DNA from: Prochlorococcus sp. MIT 0801
GTDB taxonomy: Bacteria; Cyanobacteriota; Cyanobacteriia; PCC-6307; Cyanobiaceae
Length of the DNA stretch: 32,000 nucleotides
Assembly (NCBI RefSeq): GCF_000757865.1
Contig: NZ_CP007754.1
Span: 1,470,001 to 1,502,000 of the forward strand
Reading direction: 5' to 3'
In this document: positions 8,586-19,006 of the stretch, one piece after another
Layout of the letters: each line of letters opens with the position of its first letter
How positions within the stretch are numbered: position 1 is the stretch's first letter
Program-made: the position numbers and the translations under genes
Notes under the pieces: generated by a model
The model's input: only the letters and a program-made list of their open reading frames with translations
Told to the model about the DNA's origin: nothing
Databases searched by the model: none

Positions 8586-9833
8586 TCAAGTTGAAACACG
8601 AAGAAATTTTTTCTTTCCTACTTGTAATATTTTTCCTATGAGATCATCTGGAGTGTGAAACTCTAAATTAGGATCCATAATTTTTTCCCCATCAATTCTC
8701 ACTCCGCCTCCAAGAATTTGTCTTCTTGCTTCACTGCTAGTTGAGCACATTTCCATCTTACTAAATAAATAAAAAGCTTTAGCTGGAAAATTTACATGAG
8801 AAACTGATGCTTCTGGTATTTCCTCAAGAGAATCTTTAGTACCCAAAACTAACTTTTCAGAATTCAATTGAGCATTTTTTGCCGCCTTAATTCCTTTAAA
8901 ATTAGATGTTATTTTTAAAGCCATAAATTTTTGAACCTCTCTTGGATCTGCACTTAATTCTTTTAAGTTTTCATTAGTTAGTAAATTTAAATATGTAAGA
9001 ACCAAATCATCTGGAACCTTTTCTAATTTTGAATACATCGATAATGAATCTTCATTTATTCCTACAATATTGTCTAAGCTCTTACTCATTTTTCGTGTCC
9101 CATCTAATCCAACTAAAATAGGTAATAGCATTCCAAATTGGGGTTTCTGTCCAAAAGCTCTTTGCAGATCTCGTCCCATAGCAATATTAAACTTTTGATC
9201 AGTACCACCTAGTTCCACATCAGAATTGATTGCAACTGAATCATATCCTTGAAGCAGCGGATAGAGAAATTCATGAAGAGATATAGGAGTGCCAGATTTA
9301 TATCGATTACTAAAGTCTTCCTTAGCCAGCATTTGACCAACTGTTGAATTTGATAAAAGTTCTATAACTTTAGGCAAATTAAGATTTTCAAGCCACTCAC
9401 TATTTCTTCTGATTTCTAAGCGACTGGGAGTTGAAAAATCAAGTAATGAATCTTTAGGTTCTCTACCTAGTCCTAGTTGCTCAAGGTAATTCAATGCATT
9501 TGATTCAACCTCATCTTTTGAAAGCTGAATTCTAGTTTTACTTTTTCCAGTTGGGTCTCCAATCCTTGCTGTGAAATCTCCAATTATAAGTATTGCCTTG
9601 TGTCCAGCATCTTGGAAAGCTCTTAATTTTCTAAAAAGAATACTATGACCTATATGAATATCAGTTCCTGTTGGATCAATTCCAAGTTTTACACGTAAAG
9701 GCTTTTTATCTAGAGATGAAAGTTCTAATCTTTTTAGAAAACTTTGATCTGAATCTCCTGAATTATCATTAGGGAAAAGATCATCTAAACCTCTAGAGAT
9801 CCAATCAGGTAATTCATTGATTTTATTTAACAT
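8586..9833 (-). CDS. tyrS: Tyrosine--tRNA ligase
   Basis: 415 aa. Class I HIGH motif (DIHIGHS) and KMSKS, plus a C-terminal S4-like domain ([16 protein letters not shown]). Confidence 0.95.
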   Translation of the reverse strand: MLNKINELPDWISRGLDDLFPNDNSGDSDQSFLKRLELSSLDKKPLRVKLGIDPTGTDIHIGHSILFRKLRAFQDAGHKAILIIGDFTARIGDPTGKSKTRIQLSKDEVESNALNYLEQLGLGREPKDSLLDFSTPSRLEIRRNSEWLENLNLPKVIELLSNSTVGQMLAKEDFSNRYKSGTPISLHEFLYPLLQGYDSVAINSDVELGGTDQKFNIAMGRDLQRAFGQKPQFGMLLPILVGLDGTRKMSKSLDNIVGINEDSLSMYSKLEKVPDDLVLTYLNLLTNENLKELSADPREVQKFMALKITSNFKGIKAAKNAQLNSEKLVLGTKDSLEEIPEASVSHVNFPAKAFYLFSKMEMCSTSSEARRQILGGGVRIDGEKIMDPNLEFHTPDDLIGKILQVGKKKFLRVST

Positions 9834-9859
9834 ATTCTAAACATTAAAAAGGTTAAAAA

Positions 9860-10177
9860 TCATTTATCCAATTCTGATTTCATTCTCACCAAAGTTTTGT
9901 TCATCTGATCAAACATTTGATCAGGAGTAATCCCAAATTGACTCAACTGAGTCTTTAACTGCTCTACTGTCATTTTTGCCTGAAAATCTTCTGAAAGTTC
10001 AAATCGTTTCATAAAAACTTTATACCTTTCCATTAAATTTTCCATGGTATTAATAAACAATACTTTTCCCTCTCTATCAAATTTCCCATAATCAGAGCCT
10101 AATTGCATCAGATTCTGATAATCAGTGAAAAGTTTTTTTGCCTCTTCCTGAACAATTTCGGACTCGAAAAAACTCAT
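9860..10177 (-). CDS. Small conserved cyanobacterial hypothetical protein (DUF1825-like)
   Basis: 105 aa acidic helical protein with an ATG start, lying 26 bp upstream of tyrS on the same strand. The family name is from memory. Confidence 0.6.
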   Translation of the reverse strand: MSFFESEIVQEEAKKLFTDYQNLMQLGSDYGKFDREGKVLFINTMENLMERYKVFMKRFELSEDFQAKMTVEQLKTQLSQFGITPDQMFDQMNKTLVRMKSELDK

Positions 10178-10495
10178 ATCCTTAACCCAAGCGGATAGAA
10201 CAATTGATCGATTTTGAATTCAACGACTACCATTGATTGTAACATTCAAATCTACCAATAATTTTAGGCCATTTCCACCTAAAAGCATTTGTTTAGGAAG
10301 TGTAAATAGCCACACCACCAAAAAAATATAATTCTTATTCAAATCACATAAAAACTTACTAATGAAGAAAAACACTTTTTATCTGATCTTTACAAGCTAA
10401 GCTCAAACTGTTCTCAATCCAAATAACATAAAACCCCAGTTATGTCATGATAAAAATATTAATTGAACATCATTTTTTATTTTAACCTTTTTAAA

Positions 10496-11095
10496 ATGAT
10501 AGAATTAAATCGTCAATGTAATTTATTTAACAATAATAATTTTAATTTTTCAGACAAAAGTCCTATTCAAGATGTATTTATTGACAAAAAAATAATTAAA
10601 GAATGGCAAGAAAAAATCATTGCTCATCAATCTCCCATTTTTAAACCCGGCCATATAGATGTAAATCAATCTTCACTATTTGAATCTAATTCAGCTGAGC
10701 TTAATGCATCTTTCAATCCAATTGAGCTTACTCCTTTACCTTTAAGTTTTTGGAGGTGGCCAAAAGCAATGCATGAGGGGCCTGCAGTTTATTTTGTAAT
10801 GGATAAGATTATTGATTCGGGTGAAAATATAATTTTATATATTGGAGAAACAATTTCTGCCGAAAAAAGGTGGAAAGGGGAACATGACTGTAAAAATTAT
10901 CTTTCAAGCTATTCAGATTCTCTACATAAAGCAAATATGACAACAAAGTTAAACATTCGTTTTTGGCTTGATGTTCCAATTAAAACCAAGGAGAGAAGAA
11001 AGTTAGAACAAAAGCTTATCCAAACTTGGCTTCCACCATTTAATAAAGAGACAAGGGAAATATGGGCAACGCCATTTACTTCTCAAATCAATTAG
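10496..11095 (+). CDS. Hypothetical protein with a C-terminal GIY-YIG-like nuclease fold
   Basis: The pattern VYFV-x11-LYIGET-x5-KRW ... ERRKLEQKLIQTWLPPFN matches GIY-(x9-11)-YIG, then Arg, then E..LI....P.xN. ATG at 10496 is preferred over the TTG at 10463 given in the ORF track. Confidence 0.6.
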   Translation: MIELNRQCNLFNNNNFNFSDKSPIQDVFIDKKIIKEWQEKIIAHQSPIFKPGHIDVNQSSLFESNSAELNASFNPIELTPLPLSFWRWPKAMHEGPAVYFVMDKIIDSGENIILYIGETISAEKRWKGEHDCKNYLSSYSDSLHKANMTTKLNIRFWLDVPIKTKERRKLEQKLIQTWLPPFNKETREIWATPFTSQIN

Positions 11096-11136
11096 TAAAA
11101 AATTGTTATTATCAAGCATAGAAGTATAAAAATTAA

Positions 11137-12624
11137 ATGCAAATTTCAGCAGTCCCCAAAGAAATTAACGAATGGTCAGGATCAGTTCTTATTGCTGGGA
11201 TTTTGGAAGGAACAATCGAAAGCCAAATTAATTTATTTAAGACAATAATAAAAGATACTTTTTTGATCCAAAGGTTTATTGATTCAAAATTCGAAGGCAA
11301 AAAAAATCAGAAATTATCAATTGAACTCATAGAAGGCAAAGTTAAAAAAGTGATTTTTGTAGGCTTAGGCAAGGCCGAAACTCTTCGAATTGATGATCTG
11401 CGGAAAGCAACTTCAATTGGTACTCGTCAAGTTTCAGGCTATGAAAAAAAGTTAGGAATATTTTTCCCCTGGGATGCATTTGAGCCTTCCTCCGCTGCAT
11501 GCGCAGTTGGCGAAGCAGTTAGATTGTCGTCTATTAAAGATTTAAGATTCAAATCAGATCCAAAGGAATCTACTTCAATAGATGAAGTTGAATTGATAGG
11601 TTTGGACACCAAAACCACTAAATCAGCGATTGAGGAAATAAATCCAATTTGCGAAGGAGTTAAATTTGCAAGAGAACTTGTTTCAGCCCCTCCCAATTTT
11701 CTTACCCCATATCAAATGGCGAAAGAGGCTGAGAAGTTAGCCAATGATTATGATCTTGACTTGAAAGTTCTAGATAAAAAAGAGTGCGAAGATCAAGGAA
11801 TGGGAGCTTACTTAGCAGTTGCTAAAGGATCAGATCTAGATCCTAATTTTATACATTTAAAATATTCTTCAAAAAACGCAAAAAACAAAGTCGTATTAAT
11901 TGGCAAAGGCTTAACTTTTGACTCTGGTGGATACAACTTAAAAGTAGGTGCCTCTCAAATTGAAAAAATGAAGTACGACATGGGAGGGAGTGCTTCTGTA
12001 CTTGGAGCAGCCAGAGCCATCGCAGAATTAAAACCGAATAACATCGAGATTCATTTTATTGTTGCTGCATGTGAAAATATGATTAACGGTTCTGCATTGC
12101 ATCCTGGAGATATCATCAAAGCTTCGAATGGGAAAACCATTGAAGTAAACAATACCGATGCAGAAGGAAGATTAACTTTAGCTGATGCTTTGGTTTATGC
12201 ATGCAAACTGAAGCCTGACGCCATTATAGATTTAGCCACTCTTACTGGTGCTTGTGTCATTGCATTAGGAGATGAAATAGCAGGTTTATGGACTGACAAT
12301 GATCAGCTTTCTGAGCAATTAACAAAAGCTGCTGGTAAAGCTGGAGAGGGTATTTGGAGAATGCCAATGCAAGATTCATATAAATCGGGAATTAAATCAA
12401 CTATTGCTGATTTGCAAAACACAGGGCCTAGGCCAGGGGGTTCTATTACTGCTGCCTTGTTTCTCAAAGAATTTGTGAACTCAAGCATTCCATGGGCGCA
12501 CATTGATATAGCAGGTACATGCTGGACAGAAAAAGATAGAGATATAACTCCAAAGGGTGCAACTGGTTATGGAGTTAGAACGTTAGTTAATTGGATTAAG
12601 GCGTTGAGTCTAAACACCAATTAA
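11137..12624 (+). CDS. pepA: Leucyl aminopeptidase (M17)
   Basis: 495 aa. M17 signature NTDAEGRLTLADAL and GKGLTFDSGGYNLK. Confidence 0.95.
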   Translation: MQISAVPKEINEWSGSVLIAGILEGTIESQINLFKTIIKDTFLIQRFIDSKFEGKKNQKLSIELIEGKVKKVIFVGLGKAETLRIDDLRKATSIGTRQVSGYEKKLGIFFPWDAFEPSSAACAVGEAVRLSSIKDLRFKSDPKESTSIDEVELIGLDTKTTKSAIEEINPICEGVKFARELVSAPPNFLTPYQMAKEAEKLANDYDLDLKVLDKKECEDQGMGAYLAVAKGSDLDPNFIHLKYSSKNAKNKVVLIGKGLTFDSGGYNLKVGASQIEKMKYDMGGSASVLGAARAIAELKPNNIEIHFIVAACENMINGSALHPGDIIKASNGKTIEVNNTDAEGRLTLADALVYACKLKPDAIIDLATLTGACVIALGDEIAGLWTDNDQLSEQLTKAAGKAGEGIWRMPMQDSYKSGIKSTIADLQNTGPRPGGSITAALFLKEFVNSSIPWAHIDIAGTCWTEKDRDITPKGATGYGVRTLVNWIKALSLNTN

Positions 12625-12637
12625 TATATTCACATAT

Positions 12638-12679
12638 AAACTATAGATCTAAAATATGTAAATTTTAGATCTATAGTTT
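12638..12679. terminator. Perfect 18-bp-arm palindrome, a likely bidirectional terminator between convergent pepA and msrA
   Basis: AAACTATAGATCTAAAAT (12638-12655), 6-nt loop, ATTTTAGATCTATAGTTT (12662-12679). The stem is AT-rich with T-rich flanks, and each arm carries AGATCT. Confidence 0.5.
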
Positions 12680-12702
12680 AATTATTTTATTATCACTTAC
12701 TA

Positions 12703-13302
12703 TTAGCCCCAGACTTTTTTTAATCTATTATCTCTACCGCAACTCGCTCTATAAAAATTGTATTTGAGTGGATTTTTAACTGCAAAATCTTGATGATAGT
12801 TCTCTGCTATCCAAAAGACTTTTGACTCAACAATATCAACCTTTAATTGCTCAAAGGGTATATTTAATCCAACAGAGATATTTTCTTTACTCTCTTTTGC
12901 ATCCCGCTTTTGCTCTTCATTAGATGTAAAAATAACTGGCTTATATGAATCACCTCTATCACAAAATTGTCCCTTATTATCAAAAGGGTCAATATTAACC
13001 CAATACTGCTTAAGCAAATTTTTATAGCTAATAATATGAGAGTCGAAAATAACTTTTACAACTTCTTGATGCCCACTATGATCTTGGTATGTGGGATTAA
13101 TTAAATCTCCTCCGGAGTATCCACTTTCCGCAGAGACGACTCCATCAAGTTTTTCTAGATCATGTTCTAGGCACCAAAAGCAACCGCCTGCAAAAATAGC
13201 TTCTTCTGATTCGGCAAATGCTTGCGAAGGGCAAGCTATTAATAATTGCAGAAGCATAGAAAATACTAATAGTCTTCTGAAGATTTTCTTCATAGCGATC
13301 AT
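12703..13302 (-). CDS. msrA: Peptide methionine (S)-sulfoxide reductase MsrA with an N-terminal signal peptide
   Basis: 199 aa. Catalytic GGCFWC motif. The N-terminus KKIFRRLLVFSMLLQLLIACPSQAFA-E looks like a Sec signal with an AxA site. ATG at 13302 overlaps the lpxB stop (ATGA); an alternative ATG is at 13293. Confidence 0.9.
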   Translation of the reverse strand: MIAMKKIFRRLLVFSMLLQLLIACPSQAFAESEEAIFAGGCFWCLEHDLEKLDGVVSAESGYSGGDLINPTYQDHSGHQEVVKVIFDSHIISYKNLLKQYWVNIDPFDNKGQFCDRGDSYKPVIFTSNEEQKRDAKESKENISVGLNIPFEQLKVDIVESKVFWIAENYHQDFAVKNPLKYNFYRASCGRDNRLKKVWG

Positions 13303-14474
13303 TCAACTAATAAGTCCAGAATATCCTTTGATGCCCTATCTGTAACTCCAGGTTTTCCTAATTTATTTTTCAATTTTTCATAACCAAGCTTTATGTTCTC
13401 TTTTGTTGAATTATCTTCAAGGATTTTCAATGCTGCATTAAAAATTTTTTCAGCTATAAAGTCCTCTTGTATAAACTCTGGTATTAACATTTTATTTAAA
13501 AGAAGATTAACTGGGGAAATATATTTAACATTGAATCTTAATAAATATCTTGCGAAAAAAGCAGTAACTCTACTTACTTTATATCCCACGATTTGCGGAA
13601 CTGAATTTAGAGCCAATTCCATATTTATCGTTCCAGATTTGGCTAAAGCAAGATGAGCCGCTGAAAATATAAATGGTTTTAAATCATCAACTTCATTAGA
13701 TAAAATAATCCTTCCAGAAAGAGAATATTCTTTTAAAGAATTATTTAATAGTTCATCAAATTCATTTAGTCCTGATGGTATTAGAACAGTGATAGAAGGA
13801 TCTTTTTCCTGAAGAAGCTTAGCTGCTTTTAGTAATGTGGGTAAAATATATTTAAGTTCTTGTTTTCGAGAAGCTGGGATAATAAGAAGAAGTTTCTGAT
13901 CCGCCGTTAATCCTATTCTTCTCAAGGATTCTTCTCTAGTAGGAATATTTCTATAGAAATCCAACATTGGATGACCTACAAATTTTACATTTCCTCCCTT
14001 ATTTGAATAAAATTTAGCTTCCTCTTCAAAGATAGCTAATATTTTATCTGTAAAATTAATCAAATCTGTTGTACCCGAATCACCTAATCTCCATGCCCAT
14101 TCCTGAGGCGCGATATAATAGACTATTGGAATATTAGGGAACTTTTTTTTTACTTTTAATCCTAGTCGAATATTTGGCCCCATATAATCTATTAACACAA
14201 CTGCATCAGGTGGGGAAGAACTTAAATAATTGTCAATTTTTGATTGTGCATTTAAAGTTGGTAGAATATAAGGAAGAGCTTCTAAAAAACCAATCGCACC
14301 TATCGACGAAGTATTAGATATTAATTTAGCTCCAGCTTCTTTCATCCTTTCACCGCCTAAAGCAATTACCTCTAATTCAATTTTTCTTTTTTCTGCATTA
14401 GTCTTTAAAGCATTTATTAATAAACTTCCCTGTAAGTCTCCAGAGACTTCACCAGTGCTGATTAATAACTTCAT
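13299..14474 (-). CDS. lpxB: Lipid-A-disaccharide synthase
   Basis: 391 aa. N-terminus ISTGEVSGDLQG, GT19-like layout, and position after lpxA. Its start overlaps the lpxA stop (TAATG). Confidence 0.88.
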   Translation of the reverse strand: MKLLISTGEVSGDLQGSLLINALKTNAEKRKIELEVIALGGERMKEAGAKLISNTSSIGAIGFLEALPYILPTLNAQSKIDNYLSSSPPDAVVLIDYMGPNIRLGLKVKKKFPNIPIVYYIAPQEWAWRLGDSGTTDLINFTDKILAIFEEEAKFYSNKGGNVKFVGHPMLDFYRNIPTREESLRRIGLTADQKLLLIIPASRKQELKYILPTLLKAAKLLQEKDPSITVLIPSGLNEFDELLNNSLKEYSLSGRIILSNEVDDLKPFIFSAAHLALAKSGTINMELALNSVPQIVGYKVSRVTAFFARYLLRFNVKYISPVNLLLNKMLIPEFIQEDFIAEKIFNAALKILEDNSTKENIKLGYEKLKNKLGKPGVTDRASKDILDLLVE

Positions 14475-15328
14475 TATTTATTAGTTGAAATAAAATGAGG
14501 CATTGGTCCTCTTCTACCTTTTCCAATAGAGAGTTCTATAAATCCACATAGTCTTTCGGAAGATTTTAATAAATTCTCTTGTCTTGCCATTTTTAAACCA
14601 TCAGAAATCACATATTCAGATTTAAATAATAAGTTCCAAATTCTTTTCAACTGTAGATATTCTTCTTTACTATCTTTATCTAAAGTTTGCCTTTTAATTC
14701 CAACTTTATTTAGTCCTCGCATTCTTCCAGGATGTCCTTCCACTAAGCAATATGGAGGAACATCTCTATCAACTCTTGTCATGCCTCCAACCATAGCCAA
14801 ATAACCAATATGAACAAATTGATGTATCCCCAAGCAACCTCCAATAACAGCTCTATCATCAACAACAACGTGACCTGCAATCTGCACGCTATTAGCTATA
14901 ACTACACTGCTTCCAATATCACAATTATGTCCTAAATGTGAATAAGCCATTAACAAATTTTGATTCCCAACTATAGTTTTCTCCCCTTCAAAGGTGGCCC
15001 TATTAATAGTTACACATTCTCTAAAAGTATTATTATCTCCAATTAAAACATCAGTAGAATCTCCTCCATACTTCAAATCTTGGGGTTCTAATCCAATACA
15101 TGCTCCTGGGAAAATCTTATTATTAGATCCTATTTTTACTTTCCCCTCGATAATTACATTTGCTCCTATCCAAGTATTAGGACCAACGATTACATCTGGA
15201 CCAATAACAGAGCCTGAACCTACACATACACCTCTGCCAAGTTCAGCTTTTGGAGAGACGTCTGCAAATTTATGAATATTTACTTCTTTATCTGCAATTA
15301 AGCTTTCAGAAGATTGACGTTCACTCAT
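14474..15328 (-). CDS. lpxA: Acyl-ACP--UDP-N-acetylglucosamine O-acyltransferase
   Basis: Left-handed beta-helix hexapeptide repeats throughout, plus a C-terminal helical domain. ATG at 15328 (MSERQ...) is preferred. The TTG at 15343 in the ORF track would overlap fabZ by 11 nt. Confidence 0.88.
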   Translation of the reverse strand: MSERQSSESLIADKEVNIHKFADVSPKAELGRGVCVGSGSVIGPDVIVGPNTWIGANVIIEGKVKIGSNNKIFPGACIGLEPQDLKYGGDSTDVLIGDNNTFRECVTINRATFEGEKTIVGNQNLLMAYSHLGHNCDIGSSVVIANSVQIAGHVVVDDRAVIGGCLGIHQFVHIGYLAMVGGMTRVDRDVPPYCLVEGHPGRMRGLNKVGIKRQTLDKDSKEEYLQLKRIWNLLFKSEYVISDGLKMARQENLLKSSERLCGFIELSIGKGRRGPMPHFISTNK

Positions 15329-15332
15329 CAGT

Positions 15333-15791
15333 TCAATCCACAAGAGAGAACATCAAATCTCCGGAACAAACCAGCTGACCATTCACTTTTGCTTCTCCCC
15401 TAACTTTCCCAAATCTCTTCCTTTTGATGCTTATCAACTCACAAGATATCAATAATTGATCTCCAGGAACCACTGGACGCCTAAACCGGACTGAATCAAT
15501 CCCAGCGAACACAAAAAGTCCTTTTGGAAGATCAGGCATTTGAGAAACAATCAAACCACCTACCTGAGCCATTGCTTCTACTATTAAAACTCCTGGCATT
15601 AAGGGTCTATCGGGGAAATGGCCTTGAAATTGAGGCTCATTAAGAGTGACATTTTTTATTGCCACAGCTTTCTTGCCTTGATCATGTTCTATCACTCTGT
15701 CCACAAGCGCAAAGGGATATCTATGTGGCAAAAGCCCCATTATTTGCTCGCTATTTAAAACAAGAGGTTGGGGAGAAGAAATGTCAGTCAA
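15333..15791 (-). CDS. fabZ: 3-hydroxyacyl-ACP dehydratase
   Basis: 152 aa. Motifs [13 protein letters not shown] and [23 protein letters not shown] start. Confidence 0.95.
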   Translation of the reverse strand: MTDISSPQPLVLNSEQIMGLLPHRYPFALVDRVIEHDQGKKAVAIKNVTLNEPQFQGHFPDRPLMPGVLIVEAMAQVGGLIVSQMPDLPKGLFVFAGIDSVRFRRPVVPGDQLLISCELISIKRKRFGKVRGEAKVNGQLVCSGDLMFSLVD

Positions 15792-15803
15792 AATTAGATT
15801 TAA

Positions 15804-16649
15804 TTAATTTAATACCTTATGAAGAGAAGCTGCAAATTCAGCATGAAGAGCGTGAGACCCTTTATAAACAAAAATTTGCGCTTTCGGTAATCCAACAAAA
15901 GCTAAATCTCCAATCAAGTCAAGCAATTTATGACGCACTGGTTCGTTTGAAAATCTCAAGGGTGGATTAACCCAAGAATCACCATTACAAACCAACGCAT
16001 TTTCAAGAGCTCCTCCTTTAATTAGACCAGCTTTCTTTAATTCTTCTAACTGATCAAGAAAGCCAAAAGTTCGTGCAGGTGCAATTTCTTTAACAAAATT
16101 ATTTGGGGACAGCTCAATAGAAAACATTTGCTGTCCGATTGCCTTATATGGGAAATCAATCAAACCTACTAATTGCAATTTTTTTGATGGTATTGCGAAA
16201 ATTACACTTTCTCCTTTGCTAACAAAAATTGGAGATTTGAGTTCTGGCCTTGGTCTGGGAGATGTAATGGAATTAACCATTCCTACCTTTTGAATTTCCT
16301 CGATCCAACCAATAGCAGAACCATCAAGCAAGGGAATCTCACTGCCAGTTATTTCCATATGTGCATGAGTTAAGCCTGATCCAATTAATGAAGCCAATAA
16401 GTGTTCAACGGTAGCTACTTTTTTTCCATTCACATCAAGAGTTGTACATAAAGGAGTGTTCCTTACTTGCGAAATATCTATGAGGCTAACTTTATTAGGT
16501 TCATTTGAAAAAGAGATATGAAATCCAGGTAATTCTGTTGGCTTAATTATGACTGTGCATTTAAGACCTGTATGCAATCCAATACCATCTTTTTTAATTT
16601 CATTTTGAAGCGTCCAACCTTGTTCATAGTCATCGGGGAAGGAGAACAC
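15804..16649 (-). CDS. lpxC: UDP-3-O-acyl-N-acetylglucosamine deacetylase
   Basis: 281 aa. TVEHLLASL, the ELSPNNFVKEIAPARTFGF region and a HKLLDLIGD-like motif. Its GTG start overlaps the bamA stop (TAGTG). Confidence 0.92.
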   Translation of the reverse strand: MFSFPDDYEQGWTLQNEIKKDGIGLHTGLKCTVIIKPTELPGFHISFSNEPNKVSLIDISQVRNTPLCTTLDVNGKKVATVEHLLASLIGSGLTHAHMEITGSEIPLLDGSAIGWIEEIQKVGMVNSITSPRPRPELKSPIFVSKGESVIFAIPSKKLQLVGLIDFPYKAIGQQMFSIELSPNNFVKEIAPARTFGFLDQLEELKKAGLIKGGALENALVCNGDSWVNPPLRFSNEPVRHKLLDLIGDLAFVGLPKAQIFVYKGSHALHAEFAASLHKVLN

Positions 16650-18961
16650 TAGAATTTCCAGCCAATTCCGATGTTATATCGCCAATTACCACTAAAATCT
16701 TGAGTCGCTGCCTCTATCCGAATTGGGCCAACAGGTGTATTAATGACTGCTCCAGGTCCAACAGAAAAACCAGATCCTGGTTTTTCTAGGATTTTTCCAG
16801 GCTTCCCTGGGACACTTGATTGAGAACCAAAATCAGATCCTGCATCAACAAATAGAACTCCGGAAACTAATCGCCAAATAGGAAATCTGTATTCTCCTGT
16901 TGCCTCTCCAAAATTTCTTGCTACGCCTAGATCACAAGAACTCCAACCTCTAACAGAACTGGCTCCTCCTAAGCAAAATGCTTCATAAGGTGGTAAATCT
17001 CCGATGATTGTTCCAATCTTTGCTTGAAACCCTATCGATTGTGAGCAATCTGATTTTTCACCAGGCTTAGGGCGACAACCCTTATGAAACTTCAACCAAT
17101 TAACAGGATAAAAACGAGAATAATTTAACCTAGTTCTATTAAAAGTAGGAGAATTCTCACCTAAACTAAAAAACTGTTCAGAACCAATATTTAAATAATC
17201 TCCAGAAGTTGGATTTCGTGAATTATCTAAATTGTTGTAAGTAACGGCACTTTTGAAGCTAACTAATGTATTTTCTGTAGAGCAATTATATGCGACACAA
17301 ATAACTTCATTCTCAGGAACTTTACCATCTAAAAAATTTGTTGATGCTACGCCATAAGGTCTTTTATCTCCGGCGTAGTCTATTGGCTTAACCTTCTGGA
17401 AATTTGCACCAATAAGTACACTCCAAGGAACCTTTTTTAAAGGCTGACCACCATTCAAAGGTCTTGCAAAAGAGAAACCTCCTCCTGTTCGCTCAAGAAC
17501 AATAGAGTCGCCCTCATAATCAAACCAGCTAAATTGGGGTGCAGATAACTGAGCAGAAGAAAGATTAGCAAATGGGCCCGTTTCAATTAAAGTATTATCA
17601 TCGTTTACGTCTAACTTCTGTGATTGATTAGTGTCGTAACTTATTAATGAATTAGGTGCTTCATATCTATCTGTAACTCCTCGAATACTTCCGCCATCTT
17701 GACTCCTAAATTCTTGAGGTACTTCTCTACTTAAATATAATGAAGTTCTTAAAGATGTTCTATATTTATCATTTTTAATCCAGGGATCGTATAAAGAAAG
17801 ATTTAGGAGTGCTCCATATTCTCCATAAGTCAAGTTCATATTTGATGACCATGCTCTCCCAACCAAATTGGACTCTTGCAATCCTATCTGTCCAAATACA
17901 CCTTGTCCTCCACTATAGCCAAGCCCCCCAGTCAATGAACCTGTCCTTTGCTCTGTTACGCCTAGTGAAACTACAATCTTTCCAGGTTCATTACTTACTG
18001 GTTTAAGAGTTACTTTAACATCATTGAAAAGTGAAGTTGAGTATAATCTTTTGATATCTGATTCTAATTTATTTCTATTAAAAATATCTCCAACTTTGGT
18101 AATTAATTCTCTTTCAATTACCCATTTCTTTGTTTTTCCTTTTATCAACTTACCTTTTTCATCTTCTGTATTTCCATCTTCATCTATAAAATTTATCTGA
18201 ATGCCAGCAATATATCCTTCTTGAATATTTAGTTCAACTCTGCCTTCTTTAGTTACACGGCTTGGACCAGATATTCTTGCCAATGAGTATCCTTGACTAC
18301 TATACCAATCCTTAATTTCTTTGATCCTTATTTGTAGAGTATTGAGATTTAAGGTTTTTCCATAATCATTATTAAAAATCTCATTTAATTTTGTATTAGA
18401 TAGTTTTCTTTCAAGCGGAATTATACTTATATTATTTAATATCGGATTAGGTTCAATCTTAATCAGAAGTTGAACTCCTATAGGACTCTGCAAAGACTCG
18501 ATTTTTGCACCAGAGAACCAGCCTGTTGAATAAATTCGATCTAAATCTTTCTTAACATCTTCACTTATAACTTTACTACCTGGTCTAATTAACATTGCAT
18601 CATAAGCAATGACTTCTAAACGCTCTTTGTCAGGATGATCTTCAAGTCCCTGAATAATAATCTCTGAAATTAATACTCTTTTTTCTTCAACAATAGTATT
18701 TTTATCATTTTGATTTTTTCCCTCAGAAATTAAAAAATCTTCAAGATTTAAATTAAACCTATTATGATTTGATTGGTGAGTAAATCTCAGACTTTGAGTC
18801 AGCTTGTTTTCAACAAAAAATTGATTTTCACTTGAGATTATTTTAGAGGCTTTAGTTTCTCCAAAAAGACTAATAAAAGGAACTGCCAAAGCAATTGCAT
18901 ACGCACTTTTGCTTATTAATTTTTGATTAGAGATGGCGGGTCTTTTGAACATAAATTTCAA
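16649..18961 (-). CDS. bamA: Omp85/BamA-family outer-membrane protein assembly factor (cyanobacterial Toc75 homologue)
   Basis: 770 aa. Signal peptide, POTRA-like repeats, a C-terminal beta-barrel ending in the beta-signal ...NIGIGWKF. TTG at 18961, or an in-frame ATG at 18952. Confidence 0.9.
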   Translation of the reverse strand: MKFMFKRPAISNQKLISKSAYAIALAVPFISLFGETKASKIISSENQFFVENKLTQSLRFTHQSNHNRFNLNLEDFLISEGKNQNDKNTIVEEKRVLISEIIIQGLEDHPDKERLEVIAYDAMLIRPGSKVISEDVKKDLDRIYSTGWFSGAKIESLQSPIGVQLLIKIEPNPILNNISIIPLERKLSNTKLNEIFNNDYGKTLNLNTLQIRIKEIKDWYSSQGYSLARISGPSRVTKEGRVELNIQEGYIAGIQINFIDEDGNTEDEKGKLIKGKTKKWVIERELITKVGDIFNRNKLESDIKRLYSTSLFNDVKVTLKPVSNEPGKIVVSLGVTEQRTGSLTGGLGYSGGQGVFGQIGLQESNLVGRAWSSNMNLTYGEYGALLNLSLYDPWIKNDKYRTSLRTSLYLSREVPQEFRSQDGGSIRGVTDRYEAPNSLISYDTNQSQKLDVNDDNTLIETGPFANLSSAQLSAPQFSWFDYEGDSIVLERTGGGFSFARPLNGGQPLKKVPWSVLIGANFQKVKPIDYAGDKRPYGVASTNFLDGKVPENEVICVAYNCSTENTLVSFKSAVTYNNLDNSRNPTSGDYLNIGSEQFFSLGENSPTFNRTRLNYSRFYPVNWLKFHKGCRPKPGEKSDCSQSIGFQAKIGTIIGDLPPYEAFCLGGASSVRGWSSCDLGVARNFGEATGEYRFPIWRLVSGVLFVDAGSDFGSQSSVPGKPGKILEKPGSGFSVGPGAVINTPVGPIRIEAATQDFSGNWRYNIGIGWKF

Positions 18962-19006
18962 AGCAATTCAATTAAACGAGGGATTCTTTGGCTAAGAATA
19001 ATTTGA

